DNA from: Patescibacteria group bacterium
Lineage (GTDB): Bacteria > Patescibacteriota > Patescibacteriia > Patescibacteriales > UBA12465
Assembly: GCA_038323715.1 (NCBI GenBank)
Contig: JBBQHF010000004.1
Coordinates: 6,159 to 70,158, forward strand
Direction of reading: 5' to 3'
Length of the DNA: 64,000 nt
The notes under the pieces are model-generated. The model made no database searches. It saw only the letters and a program-made list of their open reading frames with translations, and was not told the DNA's origin. Within the stretch, counting starts at the first letter, position 1. Every line of letters starts with the position of its first letter. Positions 18,481-27,280 of this stretch are shown here, piece by piece. Made by a program: the position numbers and the translations under genes.

Positions 18481-18552
18481 TAGTCCCTAGGGGAATCGAA
18501 CCCCTGTTAACAGGATGAAAACCTGACGTCCTAACCACTAGACGAAGGGACC
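18481..18552 (-). tRNA. tRNA-Glu (UUC)
   Basis: Reverse complement GGTCCCTTCGTCTAGTGGTTAGGACGTCAGGTTTTCATCCTGTTAACAGGGGTTCGATTCCCCTAGGGACTA. Anticodon loop TTTTCAT. No encoded CCA. Confidence 0.9.
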
Positions 18553-18677
18553 AATATTTAATTGGCGAAAATAAAAATCTAATCGCTTAGATTTAACTTC
18601 ATTTTATAGACAAACATCCATCTTGTCAATATTAAATATATTTGTCTTTTTCCAAAAATACCCTACAATACTTATAT

Positions 18678-19721
18678 ATGTATATCCTAGGAATAGAAAC
18701 CAGTTGCGACGAAACAGCCGCTTCAATTATAAAGGCCGATAGAAAAACCGGCAAAGTTTTAGTTTTGTCTAATATAATATCCTCCCAGATTGAAATTCAC
18801 CAAAAATATGGGGGAGTTGTGCCCGAGGTTGCCGCGCGTGAGCATGTTTTAAATATCTTACCCGTTGTTGACGAAGCGCTAGATAAAGCTAACATAAACT
18901 CAAAAAAATTAGACTTAATCGCTGTTACCAAAGGCCCTGGTCTTATTACTTCGCTGATGACTGGGATGGAAACCGTACGGGCACTCTCTTTTGCTTGGGG
19001 CAAGCCGGTTATAGAAGTCAATCATATTGAAGGACATATATATTCAAATTTTATTACCCCAGAAAGCAAAATCAATTTTCCCGCTCTAATTTTAACCGTT
19101 TCCGGCGGGCACACCAATCTCGTCTTAATGGATAAAAATAGAAAAATAAAAATCATTGGAGAAACTCTTGATGATGCGGCTGGGGAGGCTTTTGATAAAG
19201 GCGCTAAAATGATGTCTTTAGGTTATCCTGGAGGGCCAATAATTTCCAAAATGGCCGATGAATTCCAAACCAATAACCCAAATAATATCAGCGACATAGT
19301 TTTACCGCGACCAATGTTAAATTCCAATAACCTAAATTTTTCCTTTTCCGGGCTAAAAACCGCTCTTCTCTATCAACTAAAGAAAGACCAAGGTTGGGAA
19401 ACCCGTATTGCGGAATATTGTTTTGAATATCAACAAGCAATTATTGATGTTTTAGTAGGAAAAACTATTAAAGCGGCCAGAAAATATGATGTTCGGACGG
19501 TAATGTTGTCAGGAGGGGTAAGCGCTAATAAAGCATTACGCTTAGCACTTAACGTAGCAGTAAAAGAGAAATTAGAAAAAATTAATTTTTTAGTACCCAA
19601 GCTAGAATACACTACCGATAACGCCACAATGATTGCTGCGGCCGGATTTTTTAAATCAGAAACTCAAACAACTACCAGTTTTCCCAAATTAAGAGTAGAT
19701 CCTAGTTTACAACTTAAATAA
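18678..19721 (+). CDS. tsaD: tRNA N6-adenosine threonylcarbamoyltransferase TsaD
   Basis: MYILGIETSCDETAASI, VAAREH, HIEGH and SGGHT motifs. ATG 18678 is preferred over the upstream TTG 18642. Confidence 0.9.
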   Translation: MYILGIETSCDETAASIIKADRKTGKVLVLSNIISSQIEIHQKYGGVVPEVAAREHVLNILPVVDEALDKANINSKKLDLIAVTKGPGLITSLMTGMETVRALSFAWGKPVIEVNHIEGHIYSNFITPESKINFPALILTVSGGHTNLVLMDKNRKIKIIGETLDDAAGEAFDKGAKMMSLGYPGGPIISKMADEFQTNNPNNISDIVLPRPMLNSNNLNFSFSGLKTALLYQLKKDQGWETRIAEYCFEYQQAIIDVLVGKTIKAARKYDVRTVMLSGGVSANKALRLALNVAVKEKLEKINFLVPKLEYTTDNATMIAAAGFFKSETQTTTSFPKLRVDPSLQLK

Positions 19722-19749
19722 GATAAGCTAAAATCCTATTACACAGACT

Positions 19750-19823
19750 GGATCGATGGCGAAGTGGTCTAACGCTGCAGTTTGCAAAACTGCCATTCGT
19801 GGGTTCGACTCCCACTCGATCCT
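19750..19823 (+). tRNA. tRNA-Cys (GCA)
   Basis: GGATCGA...GCAGTTTGCAAAACTGC...GTGGGTTCGACTCCCACTCGATCCT. Anticodon loop TTGCAAA, discriminator U. Confidence 0.9.
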
Positions 19824-19831
19824 CACATAAT

Positions 19832-19856
19832 AAAAACCCCTAATCAGGGGTTTTTA
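19832..19856. terminator. Intrinsic terminator after tRNA-Cys
   Basis: AAAAACCCCT-AATC-AGGGGTTTTT. Confidence 0.75.
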
Positions 19857-19983
19857 TTTTATGCACAGCTTTTTTGAAAAATATTTTGACAAAGCTGTGG
19901 ATAACTTGTGTTTTATGTGTATAAATATATTTTTTTAGTCCAAGCTATCCTAGACTTAAATTATGTATTTTAATATTTTTACA

Positions 19984-20000
19984 TTAATATTAGCCAAATA
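19984..20000 (+). repeat. Intergenic 17-mer TTAATATTAGCCAAATA (copy 1 of 3)
   Basis: Exact match to 61856-61872 and to the reverse complement of 50741-50757. Confidence 0.9.
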
Positions 20001-20384
20001 TATGATTTACGATAACTTTAGTCCAGACTACTTGACCCTTATTTTTTATAATGCTATTATTATAGTAGGTTCTTTAACTAACTCCTTCGATTCTATGCCA
20101 ACGCTGACGTGGCAAGAAATTTATATGAGCAATTAAACTAGCGTGCTAATCAAAATGAGATAAGATTTAATAAAAGTCAAAAAGAAATTTTTACTAGATC
20201 TAATCGAAAATTAGCAAAAATATTTAAAATATAACAGTTTTAATATGCTAGGAGTTGGTGAAGATACGCTCTTTAAGTCAGCAAAGTAGCTTTAATGCCT
20301 TAAAAATACAGAAAAATCTGTGATAAAAAGGCATGAGGCTCAGACGATGCCCATTATTTATTAGCTTTTACTATATAATAAAAA

Positions 20385-20410
20385 CCGGCCCGTTCTGGGC
20401 CTCTTTTTAT
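20385..20410 (+). terminator. Terminator-like hairpin with no annotated upstream gene
   Basis: GGCCC (20387-20391) pairs with GGGCC (20397-20401), followed by TCTTTTTATTTT. Confidence 0.5.
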
Positions 20411-20478
20411 TTTCTAAAAAACCCTGTATATTAATCTTGATAACCGCGATGGTTATTACTAATACTTATTCAGAATTT

Positions 20479-21543
20479 ATGGCATTATCAATCGGAATTG
20501 TCGGTTTACCTAATGTCGGTAAATCAACCTTATTCAATTTACTTACCAAAAAGGGCGTAGAGGCCGCTAATTATCCTTTTTGTACAATAGATCCAAACGT
20601 TGGGGTGGTAAAAGTCCCTGATTTTCGTTTGGAAAAACTAGCCGAAGTATCTAAACCAAAAAAAATAATTCCCACAACCATTGAATTTGTTGATATTGCT
20701 GGTCTCGTTGCCGGCGCCAGTAAAGGCGAAGGCCTTGGTAACCAATTTTTAGCCCATATCCGTGAGTGTAGCGCTATCTGTGAAGTAATTAGGGATTTTA
20801 AAGATAAAAATATTATTCATGTTAACGGCAAGATTGACCCTTCTGGCGATAAAGAGACTATTAACATGGAGCTTATCTTCGCTGATTTAGCGACGGTAGA
20901 AAAAAGATTGGATAGATTGAGACGTGATGCTAAAAGTGGCGATAAAGAATTAAGAGCTAATTTGGTCATTCTAGAAAAAATTTATCCACATCTTAGCGCT
21001 GGGCGCGCAGTTAGAGAAATGTCTTTTGAGGAAGATGAAATGATTTTTGTAAAAACTTTAAGTCTTTTAACAATCAAGCCGATTCTCTATTTAGTAAATA
21101 TTGACGAAACAACTGATGACGATGTTCTCTCGGGCACAAACGAAGAGATAATAAAAATAAATGTTAAGCTTGAAGAAGAAATTGTTAACCTCCCAGAAGA
21201 AGAACAAGCGGAATATATTAAAGAGCTTGGGCTTTCCCAAAGTGGTTTAGATAAATTAATTCAAAGTGCTTACAAGCTTTTAGGTCTTGATACCTTTTTT
21301 ACTACCGGGGCGGATGAGAGTCGCGCTTGGACTATCAAGCATGGTTCTAAAGCACCGAACGCCGCCGGAGAAATTCATACTGATTTTATTAAAGGTTTTG
21401 TCCGCGCCGAAGTTATTAATTGGGAAAAATTTATTGAATGTGGTTCTGATGCTCGCGCTAAAGAACTAGGACTCATAAAAATTGAAGGTAAAGATTATAT
21501 TGTTAAAGATGGTGATGTCTGCAATTTCTTGATTAATAAATAA
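20479..21543 (+). CDS. ychF: Ribosome-binding ATPase YchF
   Basis: MALSIGIVGLPNVGKSTLFN, YPFCTIDPN, DIAGLV, and a C-terminal TGS-like segment IKGFVRAEV. Confidence 0.9.
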   Translation: MALSIGIVGLPNVGKSTLFNLLTKKGVEAANYPFCTIDPNVGVVKVPDFRLEKLAEVSKPKKIIPTTIEFVDIAGLVAGASKGEGLGNQFLAHIRECSAICEVIRDFKDKNIIHVNGKIDPSGDKETINMELIFADLATVEKRLDRLRRDAKSGDKELRANLVILEKIYPHLSAGRAVREMSFEEDEMIFVKTLSLLTIKPILYLVNIDETTDDDVLSGTNEEIIKINVKLEEEIVNLPEEEQAEYIKELGLSQSGLDKLIQSAYKLLGLDTFFTTGADESRAWTIKHGSKAPNAAGEIHTDFIKGFVRAEVINWEKFIECGSDARAKELGLIKIEGKDYIVKDGDVCNFLINK

Positions 21544-21610
21544 ACTAAAAATTTTGATATCTAAAAAACGCCCCTTATTCTAGAGGCGTTTTTATATTAT
21601 AAGCTAGCAA

Positions 21611-22804
21611 TTATTCTTTTTCCAAAACGACAATTTCTCGGAAAACTTTCTGACCGGCGCGACCATAAATTATAGTATCTCTTCCGGTGGTAGCATTTTT
21701 AACTAAAGCATTGTCTTGTAACTCAACGGGAATAAAATTTAAAATTTTAAAACCGGAAATACTGGGCACAATCGGTTTATTACCATAAAAAACGGGCCAA
21801 ATCATCACCACCCGCCCGCCAGCAACTAAAACTTGATGGAATTCTTGAATAGCGCTGGAGTATAGTTTTTCTAATTCATAAATAGTTTCTTCAAATTCAA
21901 TGCGTCCACGCTGTGGGCCTAAATAAGGCTCAGTGACAACGGCGGCCACACTATTAATCTTTACAAATTTGGATAAACTTAAAACATTCTTCACTAAAAA
22001 TTTCATCTTAATATCTTTTAGCTTATACATCTCTTTTACCCAGCTGATATTTGTCTTAGTATCTTCAACTGCCTTTATCGATATATCTGAACCAAAAATA
22101 TCTTTATAACCCATCAGCATCGCTTCACTAAGAATCGTGCCGGAGCCACAAAATGGATCAATAATTAAATCAGACTCATTTCTAACTTGAGCCAAGTTAA
22201 TCATAATCTGTGCTAATTTAGGGGGTATCATACCAGATAAATCATCACGTGCTGGGCGGCCGTAATCACGCAAACTTAAGTCCTTAAAAAATTGTACCGC
22301 TAAAGTTTCTCCCAAATAAACAACCCCATCTAATTCCGCTAACACAATTTCAATGCCTCGAGTTAATAATTTATTTTGGGTAACGACGACACTAGATAAA
22401 GTTTTTTCACGACTAACAACAAAACGAGAGCTAATTGCCTGTTCACTAAAATGTTTTTTTAATTTAATCCCTAAATCTTTCTTATCAAATCCTCGTGGCC
22501 CATAATCAGAAAAACCAAAATTAAATTTTCCGTCTTTGCTAATATTTTTCTTACTAGCAGCTAGTTCTAAAACATTTTTCAATAGAGTTCCCTTTTCTGA
22601 GTTTGGGGAAATTTCAGATCGGATAGCACCAATCTTAATTATTCCTCCCAATTTTTTAATTAAATTCTCAGGGTTAAGTTCAGCCGGACTATCCACAATT
22701 AAAAAATCATTACCAATAAGCTTGGCATTCTTGATTCCAATAACCGCTGACAACTCTGCCAAAGACAAGGCGGTATTAGTTCCTAAAACAAAGAAATATT
22801 TCAT
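21611..22804 (-). CDS. RNA (guanine-N2)-type SAM methyltransferase, Trm11/RlmL-like
   Basis: DPFCGSGTILSEA (motif I) and VTEPYLGP (NPPY-like motif IV) follow a ~190-aa N-terminal domain. Confidence 0.6.
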   Translation of the reverse strand: MKYFFVLGTNTALSLAELSAVIGIKNAKLIGNDFLIVDSPAELNPENLIKKLGGIIKIGAIRSEISPNSEKGTLLKNVLELAASKKNISKDGKFNFGFSDYGPRGFDKKDLGIKLKKHFSEQAISSRFVVSREKTLSSVVVTQNKLLTRGIEIVLAELDGVVYLGETLAVQFFKDLSLRDYGRPARDDLSGMIPPKLAQIMINLAQVRNESDLIIDPFCGSGTILSEAMLMGYKDIFGSDISIKAVEDTKTNISWVKEMYKLKDIKMKFLVKNVLSLSKFVKINSVAAVVTEPYLGPQRGRIEFEETIYELEKLYSSAIQEFHQVLVAGGRVVMIWPVFYGNKPIVPSISGFKILNFIPVELQDNALVKNATTGRDTIIYGRAGQKVFREIVVLEKE

Positions 22805-23104
22805 ATAAAATCATCATATCTTAAACTAGGATACCTGGCAATCATCACCCAGTAAACTTCATTAAATCACTCTTGATTTCTTTATTAATCTGTGTTAAAG
22901 TCCTAATACAAATAAATAATAACGATATCTTTCCCATGTTTTAGCCTCGTTGCTAAAATAATTCTGCCAATATTAGAGCAGGATTAAAGGTATTCTAAGC
23001 CCCAAAGGTTCTTGGAATACTTGGGGATTTTATTTAAATTGAGGGTTTACAGCTATTTTAACATTTGTTTAAGGTCGCTTTATCCCTTAAGAATTATAAT
23101 AAAT

Positions 23105-23629
23105 ATGTCCAAAACAAAAAAATCAACAATTGGCCACTATGAAATGTTATTCATTATGCCAAACAAATTTACCGAAGATGAGGCAAAAACGATCATCGAA
23201 AAGGTAGAAAAGGTTATTTCTGAAAACAATGGCCAGATTACTTACCGTGAATATTGGGGTAAGAAGAAATTAGCCTACGAAATTAAACATAATGCCTACG
23301 GCTATTACAGCCTATGCGAGTTTGATTCCGAAAAGAAAGATTTAGAGGCTATTAATCAAACCTTGCGTCTATCAACTGATGTTTTACGTCATCAGATTGT
23401 TATTAAACAAGCTAAAAGCGAAAAAGAAATTGCTCGCAATAAGCAAATTAATGAAAAAATAGAGGCAAAAAAGGCGGTTGAGGAAAAAGAAGCTAAAGAC
23501 AAAGAAAAAAAACACACAGAATCTACTAAATCGGCTCCTAAATCGGCAACGAAAAAGGAAAGACCTACTGATTTAAAAGATTTGGACGAAAAATTAGAAG
23601 GCATTTTAAGTGCTAAAGATTTAATTTAA
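23105..23629 (+). CDS. rpsF: 30S ribosomal protein S6 with a K/E-rich C-terminal extension
   Basis: HYEMLFIM...YWGKKKLAYEIKHNAYGYY. ATG 23105 is preferred over the long upstream ORF extension. Confidence 0.9.
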   Translation: MSKTKKSTIGHYEMLFIMPNKFTEDEAKTIIEKVEKVISENNGQITYREYWGKKKLAYEIKHNAYGYYSLCEFDSEKKDLEAINQTLRLSTDVLRHQIVIKQAKSEKEIARNKQINEKIEAKKAVEEKEAKDKEKKHTESTKSAPKSATKKERPTDLKDLDEKLEGILSAKDLI

Positions 23630-23678
23630 AAATCCTGCTTTCGCCGCTGGCGGCTGAATTTAGGATTTGTCCAAGAAT

Positions 23679-24113
23679 ATGAATTTAAACAAAGCAATGA
23701 TCATCGGTAATGTTACCCGTGATCCTGAATTAAAAAATACTCCCTCTGGACAAAGCGTCGTTTCTTTTGGAGTCGCCACCAATTTGGTCTGGACAGATCA
23801 AAGCGGGCAACAACAAAAGAAGGTTGAATTTCACAACATTATTGCTTGGAGAAAATTAGCTGAAGTCTGCGCTAAATACTTAAAGAAAGGTTCTAAGGTT
23901 TATATTGAAGGTAGATTACAAACTACTGATTGGACTGGCCAAGACAGTGTAAAAAGATATAGAACCGAAATTGTAGCTGAAAACATGATTATGTTAGACA
24001 GCAAAGGCGGAACTCCATCTGGATCCCCGATGGGTGGTCCAAGTGAAGAAATAATAGAAATCCCTGAAGATCCTGCAGAGGAAGAAATCAGGGTTGAAAA
24101 TATTCCTTTTTAA
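23679..24113 (+). CDS. ssb: Single-stranded DNA-binding protein
   Basis: MNLNKAMIIGNVTRDPELK OB fold, and an acidic tail ending ENIPF. Confidence 0.9.
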   Translation: MNLNKAMIIGNVTRDPELKNTPSGQSVVSFGVATNLVWTDQSGQQQKKVEFHNIIAWRKLAEVCAKYLKKGSKVYIEGRLQTTDWTGQDSVKRYRTEIVAENMIMLDSKGGTPSGSPMGGPSEEIIEIPEDPAEEEIRVENIPF

Positions 24114-24124
24114 TAATAATAAAT

Positions 24125-24337
24125 ATGAACAAACAGAAAACTAAAGAATGTTATTTTTGTGTTAATAATCTAGATGTAGATTACAAAGATACTAGAACTT
24201 TAAGACGCTTCATTAATTTTTACATGAAGATTCTTCCTGGAAAAAGAACTGGTATTTGCGCTTGGCATCAAAGAAAGCTAGCGACCGCTATTAAACGTTC
24301 ACGCGTAATGGCTCTTTTATCAGCTACTCACAAATAA
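24125..24337 (+). CDS. rpsR: 30S ribosomal protein S18
   Basis: CYFC...DYKD...LRRFI...KILPGKRTG...HQRKLATAIKRSR. Confidence 0.9.
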   Translation: MNKQKTKECYFCVNNLDVDYKDTRTLRRFINFYMKILPGKRTGICAWHQRKLATAIKRSRVMALLSATHK

Positions 24338-24355
24338 AAAATTAAAACAAAACCT

Positions 24356-24916
24356 ATGCTTAATTTCAATGAAATAAAAACTGGCAAGGTTATCAAGTTA
24401 AACAGCGAGCCATACGTTATTATTAAAACCGATCATCACAAAACTGCTCGCAGTGGTTCGGTTTTAAAAGTTAAATGCCGCAACTTGATAAATGGCAATA
24501 TTCTTGAAAGAACTTACCAGGGGGCTGAAAAGGCCGAAGAGGCAGAAACGGAAACCAAAAAAGCTAACTTTATGTATAAAGATAAGGACGAGGCCTACTT
24601 TATGGATAATATTAGTTACGAGCAATTTAATTTACCAATTGAAGAACTTGGTGAATCTGCCCAATTTCTTAAAGATGGCACTGATGTTGACGTTTTATAC
24701 TTTGAGTCTAAACCGGTAACCGTTAGTTTACCAATTAAGATGGAGTTTAAAGTTATCAGTGCTCCTCCTGGAGTAAAGGGTAATTCCGCCGGCAATGTTA
24801 ACAAACAGGTAGAAATTGAAACCGGCGCACAAATTAATGTTCCCATGTTTATAAATGAAAATGACGTCATTAGAATTAATACCGAAACTGGAGAATATGT
24901 AGAAAGAGTAAGCTAA
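24356..24916 (+). CDS. efp: Elongation factor P
   Basis: Aligns along the full length with EF-P (EPY..., PPGVKGNSAG, GEYVERV). The tip loop reads KTARSGS. Confidence 0.85.
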   Translation: MLNFNEIKTGKVIKLNSEPYVIIKTDHHKTARSGSVLKVKCRNLINGNILERTYQGAEKAEEAETETKKANFMYKDKDEAYFMDNISYEQFNLPIEELGESAQFLKDGTDVDVLYFESKPVTVSLPIKMEFKVISAPPGVKGNSAGNVNKQVEIETGAQINVPMFINENDVIRINTETGEYVERVS

Positions 24917-25031
24917 AATCAAACAAATAGAAGACCGCCTCTTGTCCGCTAGTAGCGGCGGGGGCGGTTTTCATTTATTTCTGTTTAATTGTAGGGGGTG
25001 ATATAATATAAAAATAAATATAATTTATAAT

Positions 25032-26414
25032 ATGATTAGTATTCTGATTGCTTCTTTAATATTTTTTTCAATAATCGCTATTTTGCGCTTAGATTTAGCG
25101 GTCTTATTTATAATTGCCTTGCTACCAAGCTATCTTATTCGCTTTGCTGTTTTAGGAGTGCCCATGACCTTTCTAGAGGCAATGATTCTTATCTCTTTCG
25201 CTCTTTGGTTTTTCCAAAAAGTAGCCCCGAATCTTAAAACTTGGCTTAAAAATAGAAATACCCGCGTCGCTTATCCATTCGGGCTAGAAATCATCGCCCT
25301 GATTATAATTTCTTTTATTGCCGTAGGAATTTCTGGATTCAGTTTTGGCGCGATGGGAATCTGGAAGGCCTATTTTTTTGAACCAATTTTACTTTTTATA
25401 TTAATATTAAATATTTTACCTGGACAAGTAGGTCGTAAAAAAATAATAAATGCTTTATTAATCGGAGCCGGCGGCACAATCTTAGTCGCCTTATTTCAAC
25501 AAGCGACCGGATTATTTATTTTTAATAAATTTTGGGCAGACATAGAAACAAGACGTGTGGTTTCTTGGTTTGGCTATCCTAATGCGGTCGGTCTTTTTTT
25601 AGCGCCGCTCACCATGATATTTATTGGCTGGGGATTAACTATAAAAAACACAAAAAATAATTACTACATTTTAAAATCATCCGCACTCTTATTAATTATC
25701 TTGTTATCCTTAATGGCAATTTATTTTGCCAAATCAGAGGGGGCTTTAATTGGCTTACTAGCGGGAATTTTCTTTTTTTGTTTTTTCTCCAGAAAAATAA
25801 TGCGCTTAATCGTTGGGGGGGGAGCGATTTTGGCAATCATCATAATTATTTCTATCCCCAGTCTTAAAGCTTATGCTACCGATAAAGTTTTTCTTAATGA
25901 TTTATCTGGAGAAATAAGACAAAGACAATGGAAAGAAACGATGATGACGCTTAAAGGTTGGCGTTTTATAACCGGTAATGGATTAGATAATTATCAAACC
26001 GCTGTTAAGCCTTATCATCAGGAGGGAATATTTTTCAATAGCAATAAATTGGAAGATTTTGATAATCAGTTAAGGGCGAGCGCCGAATTACGTGCTAAAT
26101 ATTGGCAGCCAGTGGAAATATATATGTATCCCCATAATATTTTCTTAAATTTCTGGAGTGAATTAGGATTACTAGGACTCTTGATTTTTACTTGGCTAAT
26201 TGGTAAATATATATTATTATCACTTAAATTATTTTATACAATTCAGACTAGAGAAAAATATATTGCCTTGGGATTATTTGGGGCCATGATCGCTATTCTG
26301 ATTCACGGGTTAGTTGATGTCCCTTATTTTAAGAATGACCTATCAGCCATGTTTTTTATTCTTTTAGCCCTGCTAAGTTCATTAATTATAGACACTAAAA
26401 ATCAAAATATATGA
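25032..26414 (+). CDS. O-antigen ligase (Wzy_C)-like polytopic membrane protein
   Basis: 460 aa, about 11 TM helices and a large loop after TM9, the typical layout. No search was run. Confidence 0.55.
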   Translation: MISILIASLIFFSIIAILRLDLAVLFIIALLPSYLIRFAVLGVPMTFLEAMILISFALWFFQKVAPNLKTWLKNRNTRVAYPFGLEIIALIIISFIAVGISGFSFGAMGIWKAYFFEPILLFILILNILPGQVGRKKIINALLIGAGGTILVALFQQATGLFIFNKFWADIETRRVVSWFGYPNAVGLFLAPLTMIFIGWGLTIKNTKNNYYILKSSALLLIILLSLMAIYFAKSEGALIGLLAGIFFFCFFSRKIMRLIVGGGAILAIIIIISIPSLKAYATDKVFLNDLSGEIRQRQWKETMMTLKGWRFITGNGLDNYQTAVKPYHQEGIFFNSNKLEDFDNQLRASAELRAKYWQPVEIYMYPHNIFLNFWSELGLLGLLIFTWLIGKYILLSLKLFYTIQTREKYIALGLFGAMIAILIHGLVDVPYFKNDLSAMFFILLALLSSLIIDTKNQNI

Positions 26415-27136
26415 ATGCAGTTTTACAAAAAGTAATCGCCGATAGCGGTTTAATGTCCCGAAGAGAAGCGGAAAAATTAATTAGAGTGGGTGCCATAAAA
26501 GTGAACGGCAAAGTAGCCAGCCTGGGCGACAGAGCCAACCCCGAAGAAGACACCATCACAATTAGAGGACGGGCTTTACCGAAAAGTGCTGATAAAATTT
26601 ATATTAAATTTAACAAGCCGGTTGGTTATACTTGCACTAATCGTTCTTTCCCGGGAGAACAAAATATATTTCAGCTTATAACCTTAAAGGAAAGACTATT
26701 TTCTATTGGCCGTCTAGACAAAGATAGTCGAGGAATTATTTTGCTTACCAACGATGGTGATTTATCACAGAAAATTTCTCACCCCAAGATGCAACATGAA
26801 AAAATATATGAAGTTAAAACCTTTCAGCAAAGAGGCGAGGATATTTCAGATTATGAGGGCCGCCAGATTGCTTATTTATTAACTAAGGGCGTTGAAATTG
26901 GCGAAGGAGATGGTATCGCTAAGGCGAAGCGCGCTCAATATTCAGGAAATAATATCTTTATAATAACTTTGAGTGAGGGCAAAAAAAGACAAATTAGAAG
27001 AATGTTTGGTGGTCTAAGACTAAGAATAGCTGATTTACAAAGAACCAACTTCGCCGGCATTGGTTTGGGCGGAATCAAGGAAGGAGAGTGGAGAAATTTA
27101 AGTGCCCAAGAAATAGTTAAACTTAAAAAAGAGTAA
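26411..27136 (+). CDS. Pseudouridine synthase, RsuA/RluB family
   Basis: N-terminal S4 domain (SRREAEKLIRVGAIKVNG) and catalytic GRLDKDSRGIILLTNDG. Confidence 0.85.
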   Translation: MNAVLQKVIADSGLMSRREAEKLIRVGAIKVNGKVASLGDRANPEEDTITIRGRALPKSADKIYIKFNKPVGYTCTNRSFPGEQNIFQLITLKERLFSIGRLDKDSRGIILLTNDGDLSQKISHPKMQHEKIYEVKTFQQRGEDISDYEGRQIAYLLTKGVEIGEGDGIAKAKRAQYSGNNIFIITLSEGKKRQIRRMFGGLRLRIADLQRTNFAGIGLGGIKEGEWRNLSAQEIVKLKKE

Positions 27137-27157
27137 ATCTGCTGATTATGTAAATTG

Positions 27158-27245
27158 GGAGACGTGGCAGAGCTGGTTGAATGCGCCACACTCGAAATGT
27201 GGTATACCAGAAATGGTATCAGGGGTTCGAATCCTCTCGTCTCCG
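27158..27245 (+). tRNA. tRNA-Ser (CGA)
   Basis: GGAGACG...CCACACTCGAAATGTGG with a long variable arm, then GGGGTTCGAATCCTCTCGTCTCCG. Confidence 0.9.
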
Positions 27246-27280
27246 CCCATTTTAAATAGTCCTGCAGATAATAATTGTGT

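Noticed and set aside
18222-18538. Four overlapping ORFs (63-88 aa) on both strands across the GC-rich island.
   Set aside because: They mutually overlap, run through terminator hairpins and the tRNA-Glu gene, encode Arg/Pro/Ser-rich low-complexity sequence, and lack a start context. They are a typical artefact of a GC-rich non-coding island in an AT-rich genome.
19896-19924. A perfect DnaA box (TTATCCACA complement) plus a one-mismatch copy, with TTTTCCACA at 61825-61833: possible oriC.
   Set aside because: A single perfect 9-mer in 128 kb of two-strand sequence is close to chance expectation. The perfect box is also part of a 9-bp inverted repeat. There is no dnaA or dnaN in the window, no cluster of four or more boxes and no obvious gene-orientation switch. 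It is kept only as a minor note inside the 19856-20478 finding.
23012-23104. Upstream extension of rpsF (ORF from 23012).
   Set aside because: It starts at a non-ATG codon and encodes non-conserved sequence. S6 homology begins right after ATG 23105.
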